Below are positions 55,091 to 63,732 of a stretch of 64,000 bases of DNA, piece after piece. Source of the stretch: Chloroflexota bacterium (GTDB taxonomy: Bacteria > Chloroflexota > UBA11872); the NCBI GenBank assembly GCA_028873795.1, contig JAPPNP010000014.1, positions 7,669-71,668 on the forward strand, read 5' to 3'. Position 1 is the stretch's first letter. Every line of letters starts with the position of its first letter. The notes beneath the pieces are model-generated. The model saw only the letters and a list, made by a program, of their open reading frames with translations. It was not told the DNA's origin and searched no databases. Made by a program: the position numbers and the translations under genes.

Positions 55091-55306
55091 TTGGTTCACA
55101 TCACCGTAGGCGCCAACGAGAGCTTCGACGCCGCACTGCGACGCTTCAACAAGAAGGTGCAGCAGGAAGGCATTATTACGGAGTCTCGGCGGCGGAGCGC
55201 GTTCGACAAGCCCAGCGTGCTGCGCAAGAAGAAGGCGGCGGCGAAGCGCCGCAAGGCCCGACGTGCGGCGCTGAAGGCGATGCAAGCGGAGAGCCAGGCG
55301 CTCTAG
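55091..55306 (+). CDS. rpsU: 30S ribosomal protein S21
   Basis: 71 aa, TTG start behind GAGGAGGAG, with ESFD.ALRRF.KKV...G and KPS..RKKK. Confidence 0.9.
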   Translation: MVHITVGANESFDAALRRFNKKVQQEGIITESRRRSAFDKPSVLRKKKAAAKRRKARRAALKAMQAESQAL

Positions 55307-55346
55307 CGCGATTCCGCGCCGGCAGCGGCGCATCTCTATCCATCGC

Positions 55347-55802
55347 ATGAGCTTGCTCGATCGAATCTCCGGCGACCTTACGTCCGCGCAGCGCGGCCGC
55401 GACCAGCCACGCGTGCGGCTTTTGCGGACGCTCCGGTCGGCCATCGCCTACGAGGCCAAGGACAAGCAGCAGGATGCCGACGACGACCTGGTGCGCGCGG
55501 TGCTGGCGCGCGAGGCTCGCCGGCGCGAAGAAGCCATAAAGCTCTACGAGTCCGGCGGGCGCGCGGACAAGGCCGCCGAGGAGCAGGCGGAGCTTGCGGT
55601 CATCGCCACCTTCCTGCCTCCGGTCATCGACACCGAAGCCATCGAGACGGCCGCCCGTGCCGTCATCGACGAAACGGGCGCTTCCGGACCAAGCGACATG
55701 GGCCGCGTGATGGGACCGTTGATGGCCCGGCTGCGCGACCAGGGCACCGTGGACGGCAAGGCCGTGAGCGCGACGGTGCGCGCTCTGCTCAGCGATTCGT
55801 GA
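55347..55802 (+). CDS. yqeY: GatB/YqeY domain-containing protein
   Basis: 151 aa of YqeY type (L...I..D...A.R.RD..R...LR...SAI..E.K.K). It follows rpsU as in Firmicutes. Confidence 0.85.
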   Translation: MSLLDRISGDLTSAQRGRDQPRVRLLRTLRSAIAYEAKDKQQDADDDLVRAVLAREARRREEAIKLYESGGRADKAAEEQAELAVIATFLPPVIDTEAIETAARAVIDETGASGPSDMGRVMGPLMARLRDQGTVDGKAVSATVRALLSDS

Positions 55803-56260
55803 AGCGGACGGCGCTGACGCTGGAGTTGGTCGACGCCGAAGACTTGCCCGAATCACTGCGCGCACTCGCGAGCCGGGTCGCGACCGCCGTGTCCGACGCC
55901 GCCGGCTTGCACGGCGCCGTGGCGCTGAGGATTTGCAGCGACGCCGAAATGCGGCAGCTCAACCGGCAATTCCGCAATGTCGACAAACCCACGGACGTGC
56001 TCGCCTTTCCATTCGACGCTGCCGGGCCCGGAACCGACTCGATCGGTGACGTGGCGCTCTCGTATGAGCGTGTGGTCGAACAGGGGCGCGAGCACGGGCA
56101 CGGCAACGAGCGCGAGTTCGCCTATCTCGTCACGCATGCCCTCCTCCACCTCGGCGGCCATGCGCACGACAACGCATCCGGCTACGAATGCATGCGGCGC
56201 GTCGAGGAGCAGATCCTGGCCTCAATTGGGCTGACTCGCGACCAGTTCTCGGCGGCATAG
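55799..56260 (+). CDS. ybeY: rRNA maturation RNase YbeY
   Basis: LN..FR....PTDVL.FP and the zinc motif H.LLHLGGHAHD (HxxxHxxxxxH). Confidence 0.9.
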   Translation: MKRTALTLELVDAEDLPESLRALASRVATAVSDAAGLHGAVALRICSDAEMRQLNRQFRNVDKPTDVLAFPFDAAGPGTDSIGDVALSYERVVEQGREHGHGNEREFAYLVTHALLHLGGHAHDNASGYECMRRVEEQILASIGLTRDQFSAA

Positions 56261-56263
56261 GCG

Positions 56264-57118
56264 ATGCGCCGCGTCACACGTGCGGCCCCGGCCAAAGTCA
56301 ACCTCGGCTTGCAGATCACCGGCCGCCGGCCGGACGGCTATCACGAGCTGGTCTCGGTGATGCAGACGCTCGAGCTGGCCGACGAGGTCAGCGTCGAATC
56401 GGCCCCGACCGTGAGCGGTCGACCGTCGCTCCCAGGCCTGGCGGCGGAGGACGACCTGGCGTTGCGCGCCGCGCATCTGCTGCGCGGGGCGCTTGGCGTG
56501 ACGTTCGGCGCCCACGTGAGCGTCGACAAGCGGATCCCGGCAGCCGCCGGGCTCGGGGGCGGGAGCAGTGACGCGGCCGCGGTGCTCATGGCGCTGAATC
56601 GGCTCTGGGGAACGAACGTCGATCGGGAGCGTCTGCTGCAAGTCGCGGCCGAACTGGGCTCCGACGTGCCGTTCTTGGTTCGCGGCGGTACGGCGCTGGC
56701 GACCGGGCGCGGCGAACACCTGAGAGACCTGCCGCCCGCGCCGATGCGGCACGTCGTACTGGTGCGTCCTGATATCGCGCTGGCGACAGCCGACGTATAC
56801 GCGGAGCTGCGACCCTCCGAGTGGAGCGATGGCAGCCAGACCAGGGCCTTGGCCGACGCGATCGCCGACGGCTGCCTGCCGGCGGACCTCCTGAGCAACG
56901 ACCTCACGGCAGCCGCCATCCGGTTGGCGCCGGTCGTCGGCGAAATTCTCGATGAGCTTCGCGCGGCAGGCGCTCAGCCGGCACTCATGGCCGGCAGCGG
57001 CGCCACCTGCTTTGGCCTGTTCGGCGACATCTCGACGGCCGAACAAGCCGTCGCGCGCGGGCAGGCCGCGGGCCACTGGACGCACCTCACCCGGTTTCGC
57101 GCGGCGGCCGAGGCGTAG
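56264..57118 (+). CDS. ispE: 4-diphosphocytidyl-2-C-methyl-D-erythritol kinase
   Basis: APAKVNLGL.I.GRR.DGYHEL, the GHMP motif GLGGGSSDAAA and GSDVPF. Confidence 0.9.
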   Translation: MRRVTRAAPAKVNLGLQITGRRPDGYHELVSVMQTLELADEVSVESAPTVSGRPSLPGLAAEDDLALRAAHLLRGALGVTFGAHVSVDKRIPAAAGLGGGSSDAAAVLMALNRLWGTNVDRERLLQVAAELGSDVPFLVRGGTALATGRGEHLRDLPPAPMRHVVLVRPDIALATADVYAELRPSEWSDGSQTRALADAIADGCLPADLLSNDLTAAAIRLAPVVGEILDELRAAGAQPALMAGSGATCFGLFGDISTAEQAVARGQAAGHWTHLTRFRAAAEA

Positions 57119-57138
57119 CGGATGCGAGATCGCATCCG

Positions 57139-57167
57139 TTGACCCGTTGGGGTCCGATCTCTACGCT
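57139..57167 (+). promoter_or_regulatory. candidate promoter (TTGACC-17 nt-TACGCT) for tRNA-Gln
   Basis: Hexamers read directly from the sequence. The -10 ends 9 nt before tRNA position 1. It is preceded by an 8-bp hairpin (57119-57138) after the ispE stop. Confidence 0.4.
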
Positions 57168-57176
57168 GAACCTGGA

Positions 57177-57248
57177 TGGGGAGTAGCCAAGGGGTAAGGC
57201 AGCGGACTTTGAATCCGCGATTCGGAGGTTCGAATCCTCCCTCCCCAG
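57177..57248 (+). tRNA. tRNA-Gln (anticodon UUG)
   Basis: Manually folded cloverleaf: acceptor UGGGGAG/CUCCCCA, D arm GCC..GGC, anticodon stem GCGGA/UCCGC with loop CUUUGAA, T arm GGAGG-UUCGAAU-CCUCC, and discriminator G. It is close to E. coli tRNA-Gln as I recall it. Only CC of the CCA end follows in the genome. Confidence 0.9.
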
Positions 57249-57261
57249 CCGTGAGCCGCAC

Positions 57262-58593
57262 ATGACCTGTACCGCAGTAATCCTGGCCGCGGGCCGCGGC
57301 GTGCGCATGGCCGCTTCCGGCCCAAAGGTGTTGCATCACGTCGCCGGCTGGCCGCTGGTGACGCATGTCGTGGCAACCGCGCGCGAGGCGGGCTGCGACC
57401 CGATCATTGTGGTCGCGTCGCCCGAGGTCGACCTGCGCGATGTCGTGGGCGAGAACGTCCAAATCGTCGAACAGCCGCCCGACGACTACGGAACCGCGGC
57501 GGCCGCGCAGGCAGCCGGCGTCCCGCAGAGTCCCGGCACAGCAGTCGTCATGTTTGGAGACTCTCCGCTGCTCACGGCCCAAACCGTGCGTGAGATGGCG
57601 GCCCGGCGCGATGCGCAGGACGCCGCAATCGTCGTGGGATGGACCCAAGCGACGGCGCCGGGTAGCTACGGCCGGGTGGTGATGGCCGACGACGGATCAG
57701 TGCAAGCCATTGTCGAGGCCGCCGATGCGGACCCGGCTACCTACGCCCTGACCGCCTGCAATTCCGGCCTGATGGCGTTCGACGCCGAATGGCTTGGCAC
57801 GGCCCTGCCGCGAGTGCCCCAGAGTCCAGCGACCGGCGAGCGCTACCTGACGGCCTTGGTCGAGCTTGCCATCGCCGACGGCCGGCCGGTGGACTCGCAT
57901 TTGATTACCGACCACAGGGAGACCATTGGCTGTGACGACCTCGCCCGCCTGGCGGAGGCCGAGCAGGCCATGCAGCACCGTCTGCGGCAGGCGCTTATGG
58001 CGGACGGTGTACAGCTGCGAGACCCGGGCACGACCTACCTGCACCGCGGCGCGAAGGTTGGTCCGGGATCCGTGCTCCTGCCGGGCACGTCGCTCGAGGG
58101 CGCCACGAAGATCGGCGCCGGGTCGACCATCGGTCCGAACAGCCGGCTCATCGACGCGATCGTGGGCGAGGGCTGCGTCGTCGAGTCGTCTCGGGTGTCC
58201 GCGTCGAGCCTCGGCGATCGCGCCGTCGTCGGTCCGTTCGCTCACGTGCGCGACGGCTGCGAAATCGGGGCCGAAAGTCACCTCGGATCGCAGACTGAGC
58301 TCAAGGCCGCCAAACTGGGAAGCCACGTGCACGTGCACCATTTCGGCTATCTTGGAGACGTGGCGATTGGCGATGGTGCAAACATCGGCGCCGGTACGGT
58401 GACGTGCAATTTCGACGGAACGGCCAAGCACCGCACCGTGATTGGGGCCGAGGCCTTCATCGGCAGCAACACCATGCTGATCGCCCCCGTGACGGTTGGC
58501 GAAGGCGCGCGAACCAGCGCCAGCGCCGTTGTCACGCGGGATGTGCCGCCGGGCATGTTGGCGGTGGGCATTCCGGCGCGAATCCGTCGCTAG
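57262..58593 (+). CDS. glmU: bifunctional UDP-N-acetylglucosamine pyrophosphorylase / glucosamine-1-phosphate N-acetyltransferase
   Basis: [12 protein letters not shown], with a C-terminal left-handed beta-helix of hexapeptide repeats. Confidence 0.9.
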   Translation: MTCTAVILAAGRGVRMAASGPKVLHHVAGWPLVTHVVATAREAGCDPIIVVASPEVDLRDVVGENVQIVEQPPDDYGTAAAAQAAGVPQSPGTAVVMFGDSPLLTAQTVREMAARRDAQDAAIVVGWTQATAPGSYGRVVMADDGSVQAIVEAADADPATYALTACNSGLMAFDAEWLGTALPRVPQSPATGERYLTALVELAIADGRPVDSHLITDHRETIGCDDLARLAEAEQAMQHRLRQALMADGVQLRDPGTTYLHRGAKVGPGSVLLPGTSLEGATKIGAGSTIGPNSRLIDAIVGEGCVVESSRVSASSLGDRAVVGPFAHVRDGCEIGAESHLGSQTELKAAKLGSHVHVHHFGYLGDVAIGDGANIGAGTVTCNFDGTAKHRTVIGAEAFIGSNTMLIAPVTVGEGARTSASAVVTRDVPPGMLAVGIPARIRR

Positions 58594-58614
58594 CGGAGTA
58601 GGCGGGAGGCCTCC

Positions 58615-59556
58615 GTGGACGGCGAGTTGAAGATATTTGCGGGCAGCAGCAATCGGGGCTTGGCGGCGCGCATCGCGCGGACGCTAGGACGCCCCCTCGG
58701 CGACGCGACGGTCGGCCATTTCCCCGACGGCGAGTCGCACATCCAGATCTCGGAAAACGTCCGTGGCACGGATGTCTTTGTGGTGCAGTCGACCTGCGCG
58801 CCCGTGGATCGCAATCTCATGCAGCTGCTGATCATGATCGACGCGCTGCGGCGCGCCTCCGCGGGCCGTGTCACGGCGCTGATTCCCTACTTCGGCTACG
58901 CGCGGCAAGAGAAGAAGTCCACCGGCCGCGAACCAATCACGGCCAAGCTCGTCGCCAACATCCTCGAAGCAGCGGGGGCATCTCGCATCGTCACGCTCGA
59001 CCTGCATGCACCGGCCGTTCAGGGATTCTTCGACATTCCCGTCGATCACTTGCTGGCCGCCCCGCTGCTGGCGGACGCGATCGAGCGCAAGGGCCTGACG
59101 AAACCGGTCATCGTGTCGCCCGACGCCGGCGGTGTGACGCGAGCGCACGATTTCAGTCAGCGCGTGGCCGCCGCCCCGCTGGCCGTCGTCTTCAAGAACC
59201 GCACGGCAGCGGATAGGATTGAGCACCTGCAAATCGTGGGAGACGTCGAAGGACGCGACGCCATCATCGTGGACGACCAGGTCTCGACCGGACACACGCT
59301 GGTCGAAGCGAGCGAGGCGCTGCGGGAGCGGGGCGCACGGAGCGTCTATGGCTGCGCGGTGCACCCGGTGTTTGCCGATGATGCGCTCGAGCGAATCCAG
59401 GACGCCCCCATCGAGCGGCTCTTCATCACGGACACAATTCCGATTGAAGACGGGCTCATGAACGGCAAAATACAATTGGTCCACACGCACGAACTGTTCG
59501 GAGAGGCTGTCCGCCGGATTCACAACGACGAATCCGTCACGGCACTGTTCAAGTGA
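58615..59556 (+). CDS. prs: ribose-phosphate pyrophosphokinase
   Basis: F.DGE, YARQ.KK, DLHA..VQGFF and the PRPP loop IIVDDQVSTGHTL. GTG start. Confidence 0.95.
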   Translation: MDGELKIFAGSSNRGLAARIARTLGRPLGDATVGHFPDGESHIQISENVRGTDVFVVQSTCAPVDRNLMQLLIMIDALRRASAGRVTALIPYFGYARQEKKSTGREPITAKLVANILEAAGASRIVTLDLHAPAVQGFFDIPVDHLLAAPLLADAIERKGLTKPVIVSPDAGGVTRAHDFSQRVAAAPLAVVFKNRTAADRIEHLQIVGDVEGRDAIIVDDQVSTGHTLVEASEALRERGARSVYGCAVHPVFADDALERIQDAPIERLFITDTIPIEDGLMNGKIQLVHTHELFGEAVRRIHNDESVTALFK

Positions 59557-59663
59557 GAGCCCGAACGTGGGGTATCGAGAGTGGGCGCGCGAACGCGGAC
59601 CGCGCGGCACCCGAGGGCGTACGCACCCGTCAGTGCGGCGTCTGAACGAGGAGCGGATCCTTT

Positions 59664-60941
59664 TTGGATCCTGTTAGTTGGCTCGGTCTCGTCGGTATTT
59701 TCATTCTGACCGGATTCTCAGCGCTTGCGAGCGCCAGCGAGAGCGCGCTCAATGAGACCGCACGCACCGATCTGGAGCCGCCCGCGCAGGACGCGCCGGG
59801 CGCCGCGCGCCGCCGCCATGAGTTGCTGACGAATCGATTTCGATTCTGGGTCGGGCAGCGCCTCAGCGACACCGTCGCGATCCTGCTGTCGGCAACGCTT
59901 GCGGCGACCCTCATGGCCGATGCGCTGACAACCGTGGTTCCAAACCGCGCCGGAAGCGTGGCCATTGCCATCGGCGCGCTCGCCGTGCTGCACGCGGGTT
60001 TCGCCCGAATCCTGCCGCGCATTTTGGCGCAGCGATTTCCGCGGACGCTGGCGGAACGGCTCACCTTCGTCCCCTGGGTCATCTATGCGGCGTCGCTGCC
60101 GGCCACCCGGTTGTTCGAACGGCTGCTGAGCCCGGCGGAGCAAGAAGCGTGGAAGGCGCCCGATCCGGAGGATGCCGCCGTCTTGAACGCGGTGGAGGCC
60201 GGCACGCGCGAAGGCACGATCGATGCCTATGACTCCGCAATGATCGCCAACGTCATTCAGCTCGGCGACCGCGTTGCGCGCCAGGTGATGACGCCGCGCC
60301 CCGACATCGTGGCCGTGCCGCAAACGCAGCAGGTGCGGACGGCGCTTGCGTTGGCCCACGAACACGGGCTTTCGCGGCTGCCGGTCTATGACGACGACCT
60401 CGATTCCGTGACTGGCATTCTGCACGTGCGGGAGGCGAGCGCGGCGCTGCTCGACGGCCAGCCGCCGCCGGACCTGTCAACCCTGGTTCGTCCGCCGCTG
60501 TTTGTGCCGGAGATGCAGCGCGTCGACCTGCTCTTGCGCGAGCTGCGCGCCCGCAACACACATATGGCCATCGTCGTCAACGAGCACGGCGAAACCGTGG
60601 GGCTGGTGACGATCGAGGACCTCTTGGAAGAGATCGTGGGCGAGATCGAGGATGAGTTCGACTCGCCCGAAGTCCAGATCGAGCTCGCCGGCGCCGGCGT
60701 CGTCGAGGCCGACGCCGGCGTCCTCATTGCCGACGTCAACGAGGCGCTGGGGATCGAGCTTGGCGCCGACGACGTCGACACCATCGGCGGGCTCGTCTAC
60801 AACTCGATGGGCGTTGTCCCAAGCCCCGGCGATTCGGTTGCGGTCGATGGCGCGGCGCTCGAGGTGCTGACCACGAAAGCCAACCGAATCCTGCGCGTGC
60901 GAGTGCGCAAGATTCCCATGGAGCCGGCGCATGGAGGCTGA
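59664..60941 (+). CDS. CNNM/HlyC-CorC family transporter (DUF21-CBS pair-CorC_HlyC), copy 1
   Basis: 425 aa, TTG start behind GAGGAG, with N-terminal TM domain, MTPR, VVNEHGETVGLVTIEDLLEEIVGEI.DE and a C-terminal CorC domain. Confidence 0.85.
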   Translation: MDPVSWLGLVGIFILTGFSALASASESALNETARTDLEPPAQDAPGAARRRHELLTNRFRFWVGQRLSDTVAILLSATLAATLMADALTTVVPNRAGSVAIAIGALAVLHAGFARILPRILAQRFPRTLAERLTFVPWVIYAASLPATRLFERLLSPAEQEAWKAPDPEDAAVLNAVEAGTREGTIDAYDSAMIANVIQLGDRVARQVMTPRPDIVAVPQTQQVRTALALAHEHGLSRLPVYDDDLDSVTGILHVREASAALLDGQPPPDLSTLVRPPLFVPEMQRVDLLLRELRARNTHMAIVVNEHGETVGLVTIEDLLEEIVGEIEDEFDSPEVQIELAGAGVVEADAGVLIADVNEALGIELGADDVDTIGGLVYNSMGVVPSPGDSVAVDGAALEVLTTKANRILRVRVRKIPMEPAHGG

Positions 60942-61076
60942 CCAGCCTCCCGATACGGCGCCGGTAACGGAGTTGGCCGCCGCTTGCCGCGCACGGGTTG
61001 CCGACCGCCGCGACGGCTCGCGCCGGTCTAGCGGGACGCAGGGAACGACGCCATAGAAATCCTGGTCGGCCTCGCG

Positions 61077-62360
61077 GTGTTCGTGGTGCTTATCGCGATC
61101 AACGCCCTCTTCGCCGGAGGACAGTTCGCGTTGGTTGCGGTGGATCGCTACCGCATCGACGACATGGTCAGCCGCAACGTGCGCGGCGCGCGCCCGGTGC
61201 AGCGGGCGCTGCGGACGCTCTCGTTCCAGCTTTCGGGTGCGCAGCTCGGCATCACCATCAGTTCGCTGATTCTGGGATGGGTGGTTGACGGCGCCCTGTC
61301 ACCGCTGCTGCGGCCGCTGCTGGGTTGGCTGCCGCCCGGGTCAATCGGCGCGGCCACTGCCGCCATCGCCCTCACGCTCGCCACGGCCCTGCAAATGGTC
61401 TTCGGCGAGCTGGCGCCAAAGAATCTCGCCATCGCGCGGCCCGCCCGCACCTCCGTCATCTTTGTGCCGCCGGTGGTGCTCATCAACACGCTTGCCGGCC
61501 CTCTGATCCGCTTCCTGAACGCGGCGGCCAACTGGTCCATGCAGCGGGTGGGTATCCAGCCGCGCGAGGAGCTCCCGGGCGTCGAGTCGCTCGAAGAGCT
61601 GCGAAGCACGCTCCGCTGGGCGGCGCTCGAGGGTGAGATCGAGGGCGTGGAGCACACCCTGCTGGACCGCGCGCTCAGCCTGCGGGACCGCGATGCGGGC
61701 GATGTCCTGGTCCCCCGCTCGTCGGTGGTGTCACTGGCCGGCGACGCCACCTACGCCGACTTGATCGAGGCGGCGCGAGAAACCGGACACTCGCGCTTTC
61801 CCATCCAGGATCGGAGCGGCCCGGGGTTCACGGCCGTGGCGCACGTGAAGGACGCGCTCCGGGTCGCGGCGGAGGACCGCGCGCGGACGGTGCTCGCGCC
61901 CAGCGACCAACCGCCGGTCGTGGTCCCCGAGTCCACCGACTTGCACAGCCTGCTGGTGGAGTTGCAGCAGCGGGGACAGGCGATGGCCATCGTGCTGGAT
62001 GAGTTCGGACACGAGGCCGGAATCGTCACGATCGAAGACATCGTGGAAGAAGTCTTGGGCGCCATCGAAGACGAATACGACCCGCCGGCGGTGCGACTGG
62101 CGACGCCCACCGGCACCGGCGTGTATGAAGCGGACGGACGCATCCGGCGGCAGGAGCTGCTGGAAGCCACCGGGTTCGAAATGCCCGAAGGACGCTACGA
62201 CACCCTGGCGGGGCTTTTGTTCGTGCGCTTTCAGCGCGTGCCCAGCGTTGGGGACGTCGTTGAGATCGACGGTTGGCGCTGTCAGATTCTCGAATTGGAC
62301 GGGCCGCGCATCGCGCACGTGCTGCTCACATCGCCGGCGCGTCTGCGAGCCTCCTCATGA
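61077..62360 (+). CDS. CNNM/HlyC-CorC family transporter, copy 2
   Basis: 427 aa with the same architecture, GELAPKN and VLDEFGHEAGIVTIEDIVEEVLG.IEDEYD. Start uncertain: GTG 61077 is the first canonical start codon. Confidence 0.8.
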   Translation: MFVVLIAINALFAGGQFALVAVDRYRIDDMVSRNVRGARPVQRALRTLSFQLSGAQLGITISSLILGWVVDGALSPLLRPLLGWLPPGSIGAATAAIALTLATALQMVFGELAPKNLAIARPARTSVIFVPPVVLINTLAGPLIRFLNAAANWSMQRVGIQPREELPGVESLEELRSTLRWAALEGEIEGVEHTLLDRALSLRDRDAGDVLVPRSSVVSLAGDATYADLIEAARETGHSRFPIQDRSGPGFTAVAHVKDALRVAAEDRARTVLAPSDQPPVVVPESTDLHSLLVELQQRGQAMAIVLDEFGHEAGIVTIEDIVEEVLGAIEDEYDPPAVRLATPTGTGVYEADGRIRRQELLEATGFEMPEGRYDTLAGLLFVRFQRVPSVGDVVEIDGWRCQILELDGPRIAHVLLTSPARLRASS

Positions 62361-63688
62361 ACGGCGTGTTTCTCGTCGCGGCCGTCCTGCTGCTGGCCGT
62401 GAATGCGTTCATGGTCGCGGCCGAAGTGGCCATCACTGCGGCCGCCGGGCGGCGCTCGGCCGTCGAGGCCGCGGCCGCATTGGGTGGCTATCGCGCCCGC
62501 CTGGCCAGCAAATCGTTGCGCGAACTCGCCTTCATGCTCACCGGCGCGCAATTCGGCATCACCCTGGCTTCCCTGGGGCTCGGATTCGTCGCGGAACCGG
62601 CCATTGCCGATCTGATCGTCCACGCGGTGGGCGACCATTTCGACATTCCCGAGATCGTGATCCACGGCATCGCCTCGGCGATCGCCCTCACCCTGGTCGT
62701 GTTTCTCCACATGGTGCTGGGTGAGATGGCGCCCAAGAACATCGCCATTGCCGAGCCGATTCGAACCATGCTGTGGGTCTCGGTGCCGTTCCGGGCCTAC
62801 GCCAACGGCATTCGACCCGTGCTTTGGGTCCTCAACAGCATGGCCAACATGGTGCTGCGGGCGTTCGGCATCGCCCCGCGCGAGGAGCTTCGGGCCCGCT
62901 ACACCGCGTCGCAGATCACCGAGATGCTGTCGGCGCTGCGCCGCATCGGGGCCATCGATGTTTCCGACTTCCGGCTGGCGCAGGGCGCCATCGGGCTCCA
63001 GTCGCGAAAGGCCCGCGACATCATGCTGCCGCGATCGTCGGTCGAAACCGTTCCGGTCAGCGCAACCATCCACGAGGTCGAAGTCCTGGCGGCAGAGACT
63101 GGGCATTCCCGGCTCCCGGTGTTGGGCGACCAGCCGGACGACTTTCGGGGATTCGTACACGTCAAGGACCTCCTCGCGCGAACCGACCTGCAACCGTCGT
63201 CACCCCTCGCCCCGGCCATGATTCGGCCCCTGCCCGTGGCGCCCGAAACCGCCACGCTGGGGGCGCTGCTGCTCGACATGCGGCGCCGGCGCAGCCACAT
63301 GATGCTCGCCATCGACGAGCACGGCAGCCCGGCGGGCGTGGTCACGCTGGAGGATCTGCTCGAAGAGCTGGTGGGCGAAATCGCCGACGAGTTCGATCGG
63401 CAAGGCCAGCTGGCACCGCTCGCCGGTGGCCGAGTGGTGGTGGGCGGCAGCCTACGACCTGCGGAGCTCGCCGAGCAGACCGGCCTCCACCTCCCGGAGG
63501 GCTCGTATTCCACGGTCGCCGGCTACCTCATGCAGCGTCTGGGGGCCATGCCTCGCGTGGGACAGGCCGTGCGGCACGAGGGCTGGCAGCTACGGGTCCA
63601 CGCCATGGAAGGCCCACGGGTGTCCGAGATCGAGCTGGTGCCTCCGGAGACGACTCCAGAGGCTGCAGGTGACGACCACTCCGCGTGA
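62357..63688 (+). CDS. CNNM/HlyC-CorC family transporter, copy 3
   Basis: ORF 62273..63688, trimmed to ATG 62357, which overlaps the copy-2 stop as ATGA. Contains GEMAPKN and AIDEHGSPAGVVTLEDLLEELVGEI.DEFD. Confidence 0.85.
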   Translation: MNGVFLVAAVLLLAVNAFMVAAEVAITAAAGRRSAVEAAAALGGYRARLASKSLRELAFMLTGAQFGITLASLGLGFVAEPAIADLIVHAVGDHFDIPEIVIHGIASAIALTLVVFLHMVLGEMAPKNIAIAEPIRTMLWVSVPFRAYANGIRPVLWVLNSMANMVLRAFGIAPREELRARYTASQITEMLSALRRIGAIDVSDFRLAQGAIGLQSRKARDIMLPRSSVETVPVSATIHEVEVLAAETGHSRLPVLGDQPDDFRGFVHVKDLLARTDLQPSSPLAPAMIRPLPVAPETATLGALLLDMRRRRSHMMLAIDEHGSPAGVVTLEDLLEELVGEIADEFDRQGQLAPLAGGRVVVGGSLRPAELAEQTGLHLPEGSYSTVAGYLMQRLGAMPRVGQAVRHEGWQLRVHAMEGPRVSEIELVPPETTPEAAGDDHSA

Positions 63689-63732
63689 CGGCGGTCATTG
63701 CCCGGCGTACGGGCACCGCTTAGGCTGAAGCC

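Noticed and set aside
54921-55109. 62-aa ORF spanning the rpsU leader and overlapping the rpsU start
   Set aside because: Its ATG lies between the predicted -35 and -10 elements and has no SD. The product is Arg/Ala/Pro-rich with no motif. The region is better explained as a structured non-coding leader.
59557-59663. Riboswitch (M-box or Mn-type) upstream of the first CNNM gene
   Set aside because: The region is too short for an M-box. I could not find the conserved cores of the known Mg or Mn riboswitches, only short GC palindromes.
61029-61079. Possible non-canonical (ATA/ATC/CTG) start extending CNNM copy 2 by about 8 residues (IEILVGLA)
   Set aside because: The extension would match the N-terminal length of copy 3. 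However, the GTG 61077 start still leaves a ~20-residue hydrophobic first helix. No SD clearly favours either option, so the question cannot be settled from sequence.
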